Shown here: piece by piece, positions 26,101 to 39,272 of the stretch
How positions within the stretch are numbered: position 1 is the first letter of the stretch
Layout of the letters: every line of letters begins with the position of its first letter
Source of the DNA: Vitrella brassicaformis CCMP3155
Lineage: Eukaryota; Protista; Chromerida
Direction: 5' to 3'
Assembly: GCA_001179505.1 (NCBI GenBank)
Contig: CDMY01000677.1
Location: 186,001 to 250,000 of the forward strand
DNA length: 64,000 bases
Made by a program: the position numbers and the translations under genes
Notes under the pieces: model-generated
Databases searched by the model: none
Told to the model about the DNA's origin: nothing
Seen by the model: the letters and a program-made list of their open reading frames with translations, nothing else

Positions 26101-28127
26101 ATGGGGCTAACGAGCCCCCACCCAATGTGTCCCCGGTCAACGGCATTCCCCCATCAGCCGGGCCGGCAGAGCAGCCCAACCACCGCCACCAATCGCGGCC
26201 TCTCACTCTTGCACCGAGGTACCCATCACTATGCGGCAGCGACAAGGGCGACCGCGGCGAGCTGTCGTCGCCCCCGCCGCCCGTCAGCCCTGCCCACCAG
26301 GAGCTCAAGGGCGACAGGGCGTCCTTCATGCTGTCGCCCACATCAGACGACATGATCAAGAACGGAGTGGGTGTGGGTGTGGGCGGCAGCAATCCGCAGG
26401 TGAGGTTCGGCGGGCCGTCGAGTCGTCCGCGTGCGGTGCCGGGTGCGCAGACATCCTTCCTCGCTCGCCTGGCACAGGCATCGTCGGCTGAGGCAACCCA
26501 GGCCGGCGGAGCCGTCTCGATGGCGGTCAACGGCACGAGCACGGGCCTCTCCCTCGCCTTTCCCCCTCCGCTGCCACACCAGGCGTCCCGCGGTTGCTCT
26601 CAGTCGCCCTCGTCCCAGGCCAACAAGAGGGCAGAGCCAGACGTGGTCGACACGCACCCATCGCCACCGCACCCGCACAAGGGCCGAGGTGGGCTGCCCA
26701 ACGGCCCATCGTATGGGGTCGGTGGCCTGATGGACGCCGAGAGGACGGAGGAGATTCTGGCGCAGGGGACGGCGTCGTCGCCTGTGCGGCTGGAGCCGTT
26801 CCTCAGGGAGTTCCAACTCTTAGCCGGTGTGGTGTTTGATGGCTGGGCGGTAGGCGACTTGCAGGAGGGGGTCATTGTGAATGCGAGCCCTGGTTTGAAC
26901 ACGCTCTTCCGACGGGCGGTTGAGGGCACACAGATGGCCGAACTGTGAGTGTTTGCAGCAGAGAGAGCGGACGGGCACACGCAATACACATCGTCTAGGG
27001 AGCGTCCATGGCATGGATGGGTGCGGCTTGTCTGTGTGGTATATGCAGGTTTCCCCCATCTGTCCTGACCACCATCCGAAGGTACGACGGACGATGAGAT
27101 AGAGTTAGATGCATTCTGCATTTGCCTGTGTGTGGTCACTGACTGACTTTGCTTTCAGCACTGGTTGCGCCCGGCACCTGCTGGTCGACCTGACGCGCGG
27201 CGACGGCACGCGGCTCGTGGCCGACGTCAATGGCGTCATAGATCCTGACTCGATGGGCTCCGTCTTCCTCACCGTATCCGACCTCACAGACACCTACCAG
27301 GACAGCCACCACCAGCTGCATCTCAACACGGCCGTGACGGCCAGCAGCACCTCGTCAGTGGACCGCACACACGGGGGCCTCACCGGTGTGGCGGGCTCTG
27401 GCCAGCCCGCCAACATGCTGTCTGCATCGGCGGCCTGCCCGGCCATCGACGAGGAGGAACGTTTGAGTGAGTCGGTGCACTCGCCGCGAGAGAGGGAGAG
27501 GCAGATGAGCACCAACACCAACGCCAGCAGCAGCAACAACAACCAGTCCACCAATGTGCGGCCACCGCGGAGCTTCAACAATAGGGACGTCCTGCATCTC
27601 TACTTGTAAGCTATGATGCTATCCACGATGAGGCGAAACACACCGGCCGAGCCGCCTGTGTGTAAGTATGGCCTCCCCTTCTGTCTCTCTGTGTGTGCAG
27701 CAACGAGTTGGGCGATCTGTATCTGAAAGTGAAGGACCGGCAGCCAACCGCGAGCTCTCCTGGCCCCTCGTCCCAGGCCAGCGGCAGCAGGTCACTCCGA
27801 CCGCCCGCCGGCCGCAGATCACGCCGCTTCCGAGGTGGATCGCTCTCATCACGGTCATCGTCAGGGGGCGCCTCCACCGGCAGTTCGGCATCATCATCCC
27901 TGCCAACCATATTCGAGAATGTCCACGAGCACGACGGTGAGGACGGCGAGACCAACGAGCACCAGAAACACCACCCTGCGGCCAAGAGGCACCACCACAA
28001 CCATGGGCTTCGCCCGCGAGGGGCCAGTGCAGGAGCAGCAGCTGCTGCTGCGAGTAGTGGAGGAAACGGCAGGCATCCGGAGGCTTCAAGCTCGTTCCGT
28101 GACGTGGGTGGCGGGGGGAAGGGGTAG
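23164..28127 (+). CDS. Multi-PAS-domain protein (coiled coil plus three PAS/PAC-like domains, long low-complexity linkers); no output domain recognised
   Basis: PAS_3/PAC-like YTLELGLERPDGQVRWFKCAGRM..QDTTEERK. PAS-like RLQRLADVTFDGWGLGDLQERVLIECSPSLNVLFGRRLEG. Its paralogous repeat FQLLAGVVFDGWAVGDLQEGVIVNASPGLNTLFRRAVEG..LTRGDGTRLVADVNG..VFLTVSDLT. The 5' start is uncertain. Confidence 0.75.
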
Positions 28128-28658
28128 ACACAGGGATGTGTGCAGACAGACAGACAGACAGAGGGTGGTGTGTTTACTTGTTTCGTCGTGCTGCATCCGT
28201 GAGATTGACTGATCCACCTGTGTGAGAGTCTTTATCGCCCTGACCGACCGATGGATGTGACAGAAATCCGAAGGCCGATTCATTCATTCAATCATTATCA
28301 CGACGTCTTCTCTGTCCATATCTTTCACGCACTAGAAAGGCAGCCGCACTTGCCGACCAGTCGCAACTGCGAGCTTTGCCCTCACCCACCTTTAATCAAT
28401 CAGTTGAACCCATCCCCCCATGAGACGACAAGGGCACTCAGGCCATGCACACGCGCACGCAGGGCACGCAAGTGTCGTCAGGTGTTGATATTTACAACGA
28501 AGAGAAGAGAGAAGCATGCTCTATCCACCAGGCCCTCGCGCTAAGCAGTCTGCCTGTTTCTCGGTGCTAACAATCCATCCATCTGCAGCTATGTCTGGCA
28601 GTGCGTGCATGTGACCCCTTGACTAGCTAGCTATCCGGCCGGGAGGGGGCAACAACGT

Positions 28659-29297
28659 CTAAATCCGCTGAATAGCATCAGCGATCCCCTCGATGCTGAT
28701 CAGCCGCATTTCCACATACCGCTTCAGTTGTGGGTCGATGAATTGCCTGATCTCCCCCTCTCGCATCGACCCCAACATGGCCTTCTCGCAATCATTCTCG
28801 CCGGCCACACGAATCACTAGCCCGGGCAACTCCATCGCGTTCCTCTTGCCGTGAAATCCGTCAGTCCATGTGGCCCAGTGCAGCTTGACCATGTCGTTGA
28901 CTGTCGGCACCTTCCCGGTCCCTTCGCGCACGATGCGGTAGCGGATACCGCACGGCGTCACAGTGAAGCCGTCATCTCTGTTGTCGCCGTCGCCTACCGC
29001 CGCCGCTGCCGCTGCTGCTTGTGATGGGTGTTGCCGCCCTTCTTGCTGCTGGTCTTGACGTTGCCTCTTGGAGCCAACCGATGGCCTGACAACAAGAGGG
29101 CAACCGATCATGAGATAGGCACATTGATGAGCCGACCACATGGCTCACTCATGGTGCTCGAAGCAGAGCTTGATGTGGTGGTGGAATGATGGCTTGATGG
29201 CCACACGATGGCCCTTGACGTCCATCTCGTAACCGCCGCGGCTGTCCTCATAGACAAAGTGCCCATCCAACAAGCCGACGACGCGGTCACTCATGGG
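28659..29297 (-). CDS. Divergent FKBP-type PPIase-like protein
   Basis: FTVTPCGIRYRIVREGTGKVPTVNDMVKLHWATWTDG..SMREGEIRQF..VEMRLISI matches the FKBP fold pattern. An upstream exon (..CFEHHE|PSVGSKRQ) splices in frame. The true start is unresolved. Confidence 0.65.
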
Positions 29298-29570
29298 CTG
29301 CATGCACACAGCAATTCGCCTGGCGATTCGTGACACCCATGCATTCCATTTCCTCACCTGTACTTGTCGCTGATGCTGATGGTGGGAGATCTGTCAAAAG
29401 CGACTTGTGATCTCGGTAAGCAACCCGCTCAGCTCGCTATCCTCACGCCGGGGTCCAGCGGCGTCAGCAAAAGCGGGAAAAGATCGCCAACTGCGAGCTT
29501 GTGAGCATCTTCGTCAAGTGCTTGGCCTATCTCACACAAGCGCTTTTCTATCGACCTGTTTGGTGTCGAG

Positions 29571-32500
29571 ATGTACGGGGGCACGTTCGATGGTTCAAGC
29601 AAAGGGCGTGTGGTGTCACTCGCTGGTGCCAGCGGCCGCAAGCAGGACAAGACGGCCTTCCTCGCGCAGCAGCGGCGTGAACGGGAGGAAAGGGAGCGCC
29701 ACAGACTGCGGGAGAAGAGCGCCACGGCCATCCAACGAGTCTACCGCGCTTTCCGGGACCTTGAGCAGCACCGCAGCGACGAGAGGGCGCTGTTCGATAA
29801 GCGAGTCGCCGACGTGCAGCGCGTCCGGGCAGCCCTGCCTCAGGACGTGAGTGCGAAAGCAGTGGCCACCGTGCTGCCCCTGCTGTTGCGGCACATCCAG
29901 TTCTTCATGAGGGTGACGCGAGCGGACCAGGCCGACCGCGAGCGGCTGACCAGGGTGGTGGAGTGGGTGAGGGAGTCGGGCCAGCAGCAGCCGGGCAATG
30001 GCAACTTCTTCGCATCCGGCCGGTCGACCGACCGCCAGATCGTGGCCGTCTACACGGTGCAGACGAAGCGGCTGCTGACGGCCCTGCTGGCCCTCCACTT
30101 CCCCCCCGACTGCATCCTCAACGTGCTCGACTGCTTCGTGTCGTCAGGGCAGCCGAAAGGCGGCAGCGTGGGCGGCCTGCTCGACGCGAAGCTGCCGGCT
30201 CACGTGTCGGCGGTGGTGGCGCACCTGGTGCAGCGATGCGGTCTGTTTGGGTTCTTGGCGGACTGTGTGGGTGGGTGGCTGCGTGAGGGGGAGAGGAGGG
30301 GGGACGTCATGATGGCCGCCAACATGGGGGTGGTCGCCACCGCTGCCGTAGACGAGCAAGGTACGCCACCGCCGCCCATTGTACGGCTGTGGTCATGGTC
30401 ATGGTCATGGTCATGGCTTGGTTTGTTGTCTTTGTGTGCGTGGATGCAGATGTGCCCTATCGCAGCGAGGGGTTCTTTGTGCTGTTGTTCGCCATTCCCT
30501 ACTTCGTCCCGCGCACCCTGCAGACCTCCCACGACGTGCTGCAGCTGATCCGCAATCCGCCGGGCCGGCTGGTCGATCGCCTGTGGCAGCGGCCCACTTC
30601 ACAGGGGACGACCATCGATGGGACCGTCACGGTGAGAGAGGGAGGGAGGGAGGGAGGGAGGGAGAGATTGGGAATGGCAGTGGGGTGAGGGAAACGTGTT
30701 GCATGTCTGCATGGTGTCATGGGTGTCAGGATGGGCAGCCCGCTGCAATGTGGACGCTCGGCAACCTCCTTTCCTTCCTGCAGCAAGTCCACAACGAAGG
30801 AGGTAAATAAATAAAGCAACCAAAGCAACCAGCCACTCACCTCTCGCTCCCACACTCCTATGCCAAACACTCTTTCAGGCGAGCTGCCGCCCCTGTATCT
30901 GCGGTTGCTGTCCTGGTCCCACGAGAAGGTCCCCCCGCTGCACCTGAAAAAAGCCCTCAGGCGGTACCACCACCTCCGCCGCGCCAGCAAACAAGCGGAG
31001 ACCGTCGATGCCGACATGCCACCTGCTGCTGCGGCGGCGGCTGCTGCTGCTGCGGAGGGTGGTTGGAGGAGGGAGGATGTGGTCATGCGCGACGTCAGTG
31101 TGAGCGTGAGTGGGGGCACTGGGCCGTTCGATGAGCCGCCTGATCGGGTGAGTGACTGAGTGGGAAGAGGCGGACGGATCGGGGGATGGGATGTGTGACG
31201 GTGTGATGTGTGATGTGTGGTGTGTTGGGTGTCATGTGTCCATCCATCTGTCAGTTGTGCTGTCAAGTGGGTATCCTGTTGGAACGGTTTTTGCTGCGGT
31301 CGCTGCTCGCCATGGTCGAGGGGGACCCGCACCAACGTACGCACACAAACACAAACCACACATCCCTCACTCACCCATCTCTCTGTTCGTCTGTCTGTCC
31401 CTCTGTCCCTTACCACAGAGATCGCATATCTGCTTCAGCTGTACTTCCCCCCGCCCCCCATGCCGGTCCCCACATCGCCCCCTCTCCGCGGCGTCACGGC
31501 AGGCTCACACATGTCACACCACTCCGTCGACGAAGATATGGAGGAAGAGCAAGAGATCGGCAGCAACGTCGCCGGTGCGCGTGTGTGTGTGGGGGGGTGT
31601 GTGTGTGGGTGTGTGTGGAACCTACGCATCTCTCATTGTGTGTCTTGTGTGGTGTCTTGTCTTGTGTGATTGTGTGCAGCGATTGACCCAGCAGTGCTCA
31701 ACACGCTTGCATTTGCGACGGGGTTGACGGCGAAGCTGTATTCGCTGATCCGGCAGGAGGTGACGCGGATCATGCAGGCCAGCAAGTGCTCCTTCACCAC
31801 GATGGTCGACAGCTTCCTCTCTCAACTCGGCAGCCCGCCCGTATTCCTCAGCCCACTCGCAACCATCCTCCGGTGAGTGAGTGGGTCTGTGGGCCTGCCC
31901 TGCCACACACACCCTCACCCTCACACACCCTCCCCTGGTCTCTCTCTGGGTGTGCGTGCTCAGGGCGTTCTGTGCGGTGTATCTGCATCAGCTGCAGGTC
32001 ATGTACGACCACGAGTTCCGCGGCGACGGCCACGGCCCCAGCGACGGTCATGCTGGCCACGACGCCGGAGCGACCAACTCCCAGCGCAACCCCCTGTCCA
32101 TCCCAGAGGTGCGGTGGATCACCCCTTTCCTCAACCTGCTCGCATTCCGGCTCGTCAAGACCTCCATCACCAATGCGCCGCAGGCAGGCGCGCCGCCCAA
32201 GGTGAGCAAAGAAGCGGGGGAGATTGACGGCGCAGAGGGTGCACTGTGTGTGTGTGTGTGGCATAATGGCATGTATCAGTGGTCGCTGCGGCAGCTGCTG
32301 ACTGGCCTGGTGCGGAGTCTGTACGATCGCGATGCGCGGGTGCATTTCATGAAGGACGGCGACTGGGTGGTCGGCGAGGCGCGCTCACTGCTGGTGAGGC
32401 CCGACCCCCTCTACCCCACACCCACCACCCCGCCACACACACACACTCTCTTCTTTCTCTCTGTGTGTGTGGTGCATCTCTATCAGCGCAACCGCTATCA

Positions 32501-34873
32501 GCTGATTCAGGGTCTGAATGCGCAGTCTCCCTTTGACGACTGGGAGGCCGGCAGCCAGGTGGGCGGCGGTGTGGCCAACACGGCCATCCCTCACGCCAAC
32601 GACATCCTCGACGCCGTCCTGCTCGAAATCCCACACACCGTCCCATTCAACGACCGCGTCCTGGTCGGTCTTTCTGTCTGTCCGTCTCTGTCAAAAAAGT
32701 GGCAATCAATGCTCTCATCTGTGCCTGCCCTCTCTGTCTGTCTGTCTGTCTGTCCATCAATCCATCAGGTGTTCCGTCACAACACGGCGGAGGACCGTCG
32801 TGAGAGAACTCGGAACCCTTTCGGAGGGCCGCAGCACGTGCACCAGATACGGAGGGACTACATCGTCGAGGACGGGCTCACCTCTCTCGGCTCACTCGAC
32901 GGTGCGCGCGTGAGGCCCCCGACGCCCTCCGATCCATCCATCCATCCATCCATGTGTGTCGGTGTGTGCAGAGGCGGGTCTGAAGGATGTGTTCCGCGTC
33001 CAGTTCGTTGATTCTGACGGCATGGTGGAAGCCGGCATCGACGGCGGCGGGCTGTTCAAAGAATTCCTCGTAAGATGATGAGAAGACTTGGACCCTCCAC
33101 AACCAGACAGACTTACCCAGCCAGACACACGCCGACCTCTCGTGTGTGTCACACGTGTGTGTGTGTCAGATTTCGCTGTCCCGCACGGCCTTTAATCCCA
33201 ACTACGGTCTGTTCCAGGCGTCCCCCAACGACCAGTCGCTGTACCCCTCACCGGCCGCATTCGTCGCTCATCCAAACGCCGCTCAGCTCTTCACGCTGCT
33301 CGGCAAAGTCGTCGGCAAGGTGGGCAGGGGATGGCAATCCACTCCTGTCTGTGGATTGGTCGCTATGATGTGTGTGTGTATGCGTATCAGGCGTTGTATG
33401 AGCACATTCTGATTGAGCCGCAGTTCAATCGGGTGTTCCTGAACCTGCTGCTGGGGAGACTCAACCAGGTGAGAGACCTATGCTCTCATTCGGTGCACTG
33501 ATGCATGGATCTGTCTGGTGTGGTGGTGTGTGGTGTGTTGGGAATAATGGCCAGGTTGATGACATTCCTTCGCTCGATCCCGAGTTCCACAAGAACCTCC
33601 TGTACCTCAAACAGTACTCTGTACGTCAAGAAAGACAGAGACACACACGCTCAGAAGGATCCTCGCCCATCAGCACACACCTGTGTGTGTGTGTCTGTGT
33701 GTGTGGTGTGTGTGGTGTTTGTGTGGTCAGGGCAACGTCGAGGAGCTGTCGCTGACCTTCGCGGCATCCGTTGGCGAGCTGGGCTCTACCGAGGTGAGCC
33801 ACAGCACCGACCTGTGTGTGTGCGTGTGTGTGCGTCATTTGTCTGCGCGTATGTGTGTTTCAGGAGCATGACCTCATCCCCAATGGCCACAACATCCCTG
33901 TCACCAAGTAAGCAACCCCCCCCCCCACACAGATGGATGGAGAGGTCGCCCTTGTCATCTGTGTGTCGGTGTCTGTGTTGATCTGTCTGTTACCTATTGC
34001 CTTGATTGACTGACTCGTTCAGCGAGACCAAGTTCAAGTACATTCACCTCATCTCCCATTTCAAGACCAACGTCCAGATCAAGACACCCACTGACGCGTT
34101 CCTTCAAGGCACGCACACACACCACACTCTGTCCCCCGCCCCCCTCTCTCACCTCACCCACCACTGTGTGTGGATGTGACACACACACACACATGTGCAG
34201 GTCTGCAGGCGGTGCTGCCCCTGGAGTGGCTGCGCATGTTCAGCCAGGACGAGCTGCGGCTGCTCATATCAGGCACGCCGGAGGGCTTCGACGTCCTCGA
34301 CCTCAGACGGCACACACGGCTTGCGGGCGGATACGAGGAGGGTGACGAGACCATCAAGCTCTTCTGGGAAGCGCTGGTGAGTCCATCAGCACTCACCTCA
34401 GCCACACAGAGAGAGCTGAAGGGACTCTGTGTGCATGTGTGTGTGCAGAAGGAGATGGACAAGAACGAGAGGGCGGCCTTTCTCATGTTTGTCACGTCAT
34501 GCTCCAGGGCGCCGCTGCTGGTGAGTGTGAGTGTGGGTGTGAGGGAGCGGGCAGGTGATGGTCAGCTGATTGCAATCATGTGTATGTGTGTGTGTGTGTG
34601 TGTATGTGCAATTGCAGGGTTTTCAGAACTTGACGCCTCCGTTTTCGATCCACCGTGTCAACGACACCACCAGGCTGCCCACAGGTGTGTCCATCACTCA
34701 CACACTTACACATGCATCGCATGGGCGTATGTGTGTTTGGTTACATTCATCAATTGTGTGCAGCGTCTACGTGTGCCAACCTGCTGAAGCTGCCCGACTA
34801 CCGCAACAAGGCGACCATCATGAAGAAGCTCAGGCAGTCCATCTTCTCGGGGCAAGGATTCCAACTCTCATAG
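29571..34873 (+). CDS. HECT E3 ubiquitin ligase, UBE3B/UBE3C (plant UPL6/7)-like, with N-terminal IQ motif
   Basis: N-terminus FLAQQRREREERER..SATAIQRVYR. HECT motifs IRRDYIVEDGL, EAGIDGGGLFKEFL, AFNPNYGLF, FSQDELRLLISG and FLMFVTSCSRAPLL. The catalytic C-lobe reads PTASTCANLLKLPDY..GFQLS*. Confidence 0.96.
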
Positions 34874-35200
34874 GAGGACAAACAAGCCAATCCCCTCAAC
34901 CCCCTCCCCCGCCCCACCCCCTCCCCCGCCCCCTCTCGCCCCCCCGCGCCCTCTTGTGTGGGCCCGGCAGCCAGCCAGACAGAGAGACAGACGCTGGCTG
35001 TTGTGCTGATGCCCCATCCCCTGCCCTCGCTTGATTGACAAACAGACACGTGCAATGCATCCTCATGACATCCTCGACCTCTCTTATCCCATTCATTGTA
35101 CAGCTAGTTGCGGACTTGCCATGCACCTCTGACCGATCGAGGGCACCCATCAGTGCGCGCCTCCCTTCGTCTTCATGCGTATGTCTGAGTGTTTTTTGCG

Positions 35201-35230
35201 GCGAAGCGAAGCGAAGCGAAGCGAAGCGAA
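35201..35230 (+). repeat. (GCGAA)6 microsatellite
   Basis: Six perfect pentamer copies read directly. Confidence 0.95.
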
Positions 35231-35709
35231 TGGAAGGGAAGCACAGGGGGGATGGGGGCCTCTGTTGTTTTGGCTAGGTGCATCTCTGTCGTGGCCACGA
35301 CAGATGGACAGACACAGACACCCTTGTGTGCCCCCATGCCTGTGTGGACTTCCGTCGTATATGCGTCTCGTGGTGTGTGTGTGTGTTGTGTGTCGGTGGA
35401 AGCAAGCGACTGAATGCTTGCTTGGCGGTGCGTTGCGTGATGCGTGCGTCCATCTCTCTCCCCAGAGATTTTTGGCGTGACTCCCCTGACTTAATCGACG
35501 GATGGTACACACAACTCCCTCCACCCACGGTCAACGAAACAATCGTCAGTAGAACAACCAACAAGAAGACCCACCCACTCATGCCACGGACACAGACGTC
35601 CCCACCCTCCCTCCCTCCCAGCCCTTTACTTCAAGTGGCACACTGCTGTCTCCCTCATCTTCAGATGGACGGATGGCTACGATAGGTCGGTCATCTCAGA
35701 GATGGGAAA

Positions 35710-36678
35710 TCATGTGTTGGGGAAAGCGCTGTGTCGTGTGGGTGTGGCGTCGTGGTGGCTGTCCGAGTGGTGCAGCAGCACCGGGGGCACGCTGAACGCA
35801 CGGTTCGACGCCAAATGCGATAGAGACACGGGGCCGCTCGGGTGCGGGTGCGACTGCTGCTGCTGCACACACGCAACACAGCCAAACCGACACACGCAGA
35901 GAGAGAGAGAGAGAGAGAGAGAGGATGATTCAGACCTTTCAGACTTCGTGTCTCGTGCCGTGCGTGGCATGAATACCACGTTCATGACAGATGCGGCCGA
36001 TGCGCGCATCATCGGACACGACACCGGCAGCTGAGTGGGCGGAGGGGGAGGAGGGGGTGCGACACGGGCCACAGCTCCCACCGATGCCGCGGAAGGCCCC
36101 CCTCCCCCGCTCCCACCTCCCTCCCCTACCTGAATCACACCCGCCGGCTGCTGCTGCTGCTGCTGCTGTTGGTGCTGCTGTCTGCTCACCACCCTCACCG
36201 CCAATTCGGCCTCCTGCATTATCTCCCACGGCGACTTCTCGCTCACAGGCGACAGCAGCACCCGCCCGCCAGGCGATACCGACGGCGTCCCCGGCGATGA
36301 GGAGCCCGTCTGCTGCCCGTTGGTCGGGAAGAAATAAACCACTGGTGGCGGGGCGAGACTCATTGCGCTCGGGACACCCCCCCCAGCGGCCCCAACAGCA
36401 GCAACCGAAGCCGCCTTGCTCTGTGGGCCTGCTCCTGGCGCCGCAGAGGGCCCGACCTGATATTGCTGGTATTGGTGATGATACCGGACGGCACTCGGCC
36501 TGCCCTGGGCCTCGGGGGAGGCCACTGGGCTGGCCTCGATGGTGGGGTCCTGGCAGATGGCGCTTGAGTGCCTGCGGTGGATGTTGGAGGCGTCCCCTTC
36601 ATGTTGCTGCTGATGGGGGAAGTTTGGTGGCCGGGACGGCGCGCCCATGGGCGTGGGAGTACCTGGAAGCGGCTCCAT
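35710..36678 (-). CDS. Hypothetical low-complexity (P/Q/S/G-rich) protein
   Basis: Long ORF starting MEPLPGTPTPMGAPSRPP, divergent from HGH1. It probably contains an intron near 35880-35930. The 3' end is uncertain. Confidence 0.5.
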   Translation of the reverse strand: MEPLPGTPTPMGAPSRPPNFPHQQQHEGDASNIHRRHSSAICQDPTIEASPVASPEAQGRPSAVRYHHQYQQYQVGPSAAPGAGPQSKAASVAAVGAAGGGVPSAMSLAPPPVVYFFPTNGQQTGSSSPGTPSVSPGGRVLLSPVSEKSPWEIMQEAELAVRVVSRQQHQQQQQQQQPAGVIQVGEGGGSGGGGPSAASVGAVARVAPPPPPPPTQLPVSCPMMRASAASVMNVVFMPRTARDTKSERSESSSLSLSLSLCVCRFGCVACVQQQQSHPHPSGPVSLSHLASNRAFSVPPVLLHHSDSHHDATPTRHSAFPNT

Positions 36679-36693
36679 CGCTTCTCAATTCCG

Positions 36694-36701
36694 AGCTCGC
36701 A
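36694..36701 (+). promoter_or_regulatory. AGCTCGCA candidate promoter motif (hypothetical/HGH1 divergent region)
   Basis: Exact octamer 16 bp upstream of the minus-strand ATG; retained in the duplicate at 45042-45049. Confidence 0.5.
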
Positions 36702-36873
36702 GTCGACTGGGGTGCTCTCTGAAACCGCCAAACTGGGGTTTGGACGACAAATCGGATCACGCTTCGGTGTGAAGTAGGGTCTTTTGAATCATCAACCTGT
36801 TAATCGGTGTTTTCAAGAGGCAGATCTCTGTCACCATCATCCTGAGTGTTTCTCAACGAACTGTCAACGAAGC

Positions 36874-38857
36874 ATGGCAGCATCTGAGGAGGCGTCGCAG
36901 TTCGAGGAGCTCATAGGCTTCATCTCTGACCCGCGCGTGTCGGCGAGATCCGGCGCCATCGACATAGTGGTTGGCTTCGCAACCAACAAGGCGTTCGTGG
37001 ACTTCTGCAGCGACAGGGAGCGGGCCAAGTCGGTGGTCAAGCCGCTCCTGCGGCAGCTGGGCCAGGGCAATGAGCTGTCCCACAAGGCACTCACTGCACT
37101 CATCAACCTCGCGGAGATCCCTGAGATCGGTACGCGGCAGAGAGCCAGACCGAAGCGCTTGTCGCACTCACTAGTGTGTGTGGTTCCCCGGTGTGCTTCT
37201 TGTGCTTGTTGTGCTTGTCTGTCTTCAGTGTCGTCGATGCTTGATGCGTCGGGTGTTCGTCGGCTGATGGAGAGTCTGTGGGACATGATGGCCGCTCGGG
37301 AGAGCCGCAGCCATGACAGCACGCCGCTGCACGAAGAGCTGAACCTCATGCTGCTGGCCAACCTCACGAGGGACGACAAGGGAGTCGCACACGTGCTGCA
37401 GGTGGGTTATTGCCGAGGGGCATGAAAGGGGTTCTCATTCATCCATCAGATCCATGTCACACAGTGTGTTGTGCCATCTATGTGTAGACCCACGAGAAGG
37501 AGGAGAGTCGTGGGTCGTTCCTCGCCACTCTGCTGAAGCTATTCTTCGATCCCCCGGCGCCATCAGAGGACAGGTGGGTGTGATTGATGTTTGAATGGCG
37601 GCCATGGGCACGGTGACCGTGTGTATTGTATTGGATGATGCTTCTCTGCTTGTGTGTGTCGTGTCAGGGAGCACCCTGATCGGTGCCTGTGGGTGGGGCA
37701 CATTCTATTCAATGTCACGGGCACACAAGAGGGCAGAGAGGCCTTCCTCAAGGGGGCGCCACACACGCTCAACGCTCTCAGGTACGCACAGACAGACAGA
37801 CAGACAGACAGCCAGGGGCTGACAGACAGGGGCTCCCAATGTGCTCGTACGGACGGCGGCCTCTGTTTCCCTCCTCTCTCTGTCCAGTAAGCAGCTTCGC
37901 TACACTGGTCGTCGCCCCACCGTCCTGCAGACCCTCCGGCATACAGCGCTGGACCAATCCGCCCACCAGAAGTTGCTCGCCGACCAGGTGGAGCTGATGC
38001 CCCGCGCACTGACCCTCGTCTACCCGCCAAAGGGCCCCAAACGGGACAGGCCGGTGATTGAGGGGCAGGGGAATGGCGTGACGGAGGCGCCTGTGGCCGA
38101 CGCGTCGGTGCATCCCATCATCGATGTAAGTGAGTGACCGACACAGAAAGGGTTTGCGTGCATGTATGTATGTGTGTTGTCCCCGATCAGACTGATGGGT
38201 TCGGTCCAGTGCGCGACGAGTCAGTCCGCAAGTTGGTTGCCGACATCGTCTTCATCCTGGGGGCCACCAAAAGCGGCAGGTAGGAAGGCACCTGACACAT
38301 GTGGGTGTCGTCAACTGCCGCAGTGTGTTCTGTCTGCTTCTTTCCTTCAGGGAGGGGTTGCGGCGGCTGGGTGCGTACGAGGTGCTGCGGGCATGGCATC
38401 TCAACGAAGAGGCCGACCACATCCGGTTGGCGGGCAAACACACACATGGACAAAGAGAGATGTGCCTGCATCGCTCTCTGTGTGTGCGTCTGTGTGTGCA
38501 GGGACCAGATCGAGAACATGGTGCACCTGTTTCACTATGAGGAGGAGGAGCTGGACGAACAGGACCGGCTTGAGGCTTTGAGGCGGCAGACACAACAGGC
38601 ACTCAAAGCCGCCAAGGAGAAAGCCGAGGCCGACAAACACACCACTGACACGTACGAGGAACCAGCACGCAGCGGCACGCACAACTCTGCCCATAAACTG
38701 TCTCTCTGCCTGCCTGTCCAGCTCTTCTCGCGACACCGACGTCCCCCCTCCCCTGTCAGCAGACGAGGCCGTTGCCGATGGCGCGCCAGGCGCTGGTGTG
38801 AGTGAGAAGACGAGTGTGCCGTTCAAGGTGTCCACACAAGTGGACGAAATGGACTGA
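36874..38857 (+). CDS. HGH1: HGH1 (FAM203) homolog, eEF2 chaperone
   Basis: EELIGFISDPR, ALTALINLA, LMLLANLTR, HILFNVTGTQEGR, VADIVFILGATKSG|REGLRRLGAYEVLRAWHLNEE, ENMVHLF, and an acidic end DEMD*. Confidence 0.88.
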
Positions 38858-39272
38858 AGTGAGTGGATGCGCGTGTTGCCTCGTGTCGGGAGTGCTTTGG
38901 GGCTGTGTGTTTGTGACGCTTGGGTAGTAGGCGGGCAGGCTGACCTGTGTGCATGTGCAGACAGACGCGAGAACGTCCCCACAGAATGGATTACTGTCGA
39001 ATGGCCGGTCGGTCCGTCAGGCAGCCCCCCACAAACCAATCAGCGAAGCCAGCCGGTCATTCATCCATCCATCCATCCACTCAGCAAGGGATGCATACCA
39101 CACCACGTCTGCGCTGCCATGACAGAATCGATGGGTGGGTGGGCCCTGCGGGCCCTAACAGTCTAGACTCTCGCACACAACACACTCACGCATGTATGTA
39201 TCTCTCGTATACACAGACGCGGGGACGGATGCACTCGCTGCACTTGGCCCAACCAGTCTCAACGCATGACTA

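Noticed and set aside
23164-28127. LOV photoreceptor or histidine kinase
   Set aside because: No GxNCRFLQ motif and no H-box or kinase ATP-binding motifs were found.
30390-30416. (TGGTCA)4 repeat inside HECT ORF 29571..30548
   Set aside because: It lies in the first intron; the ORF tail WSWSWS is read-through into the intron.
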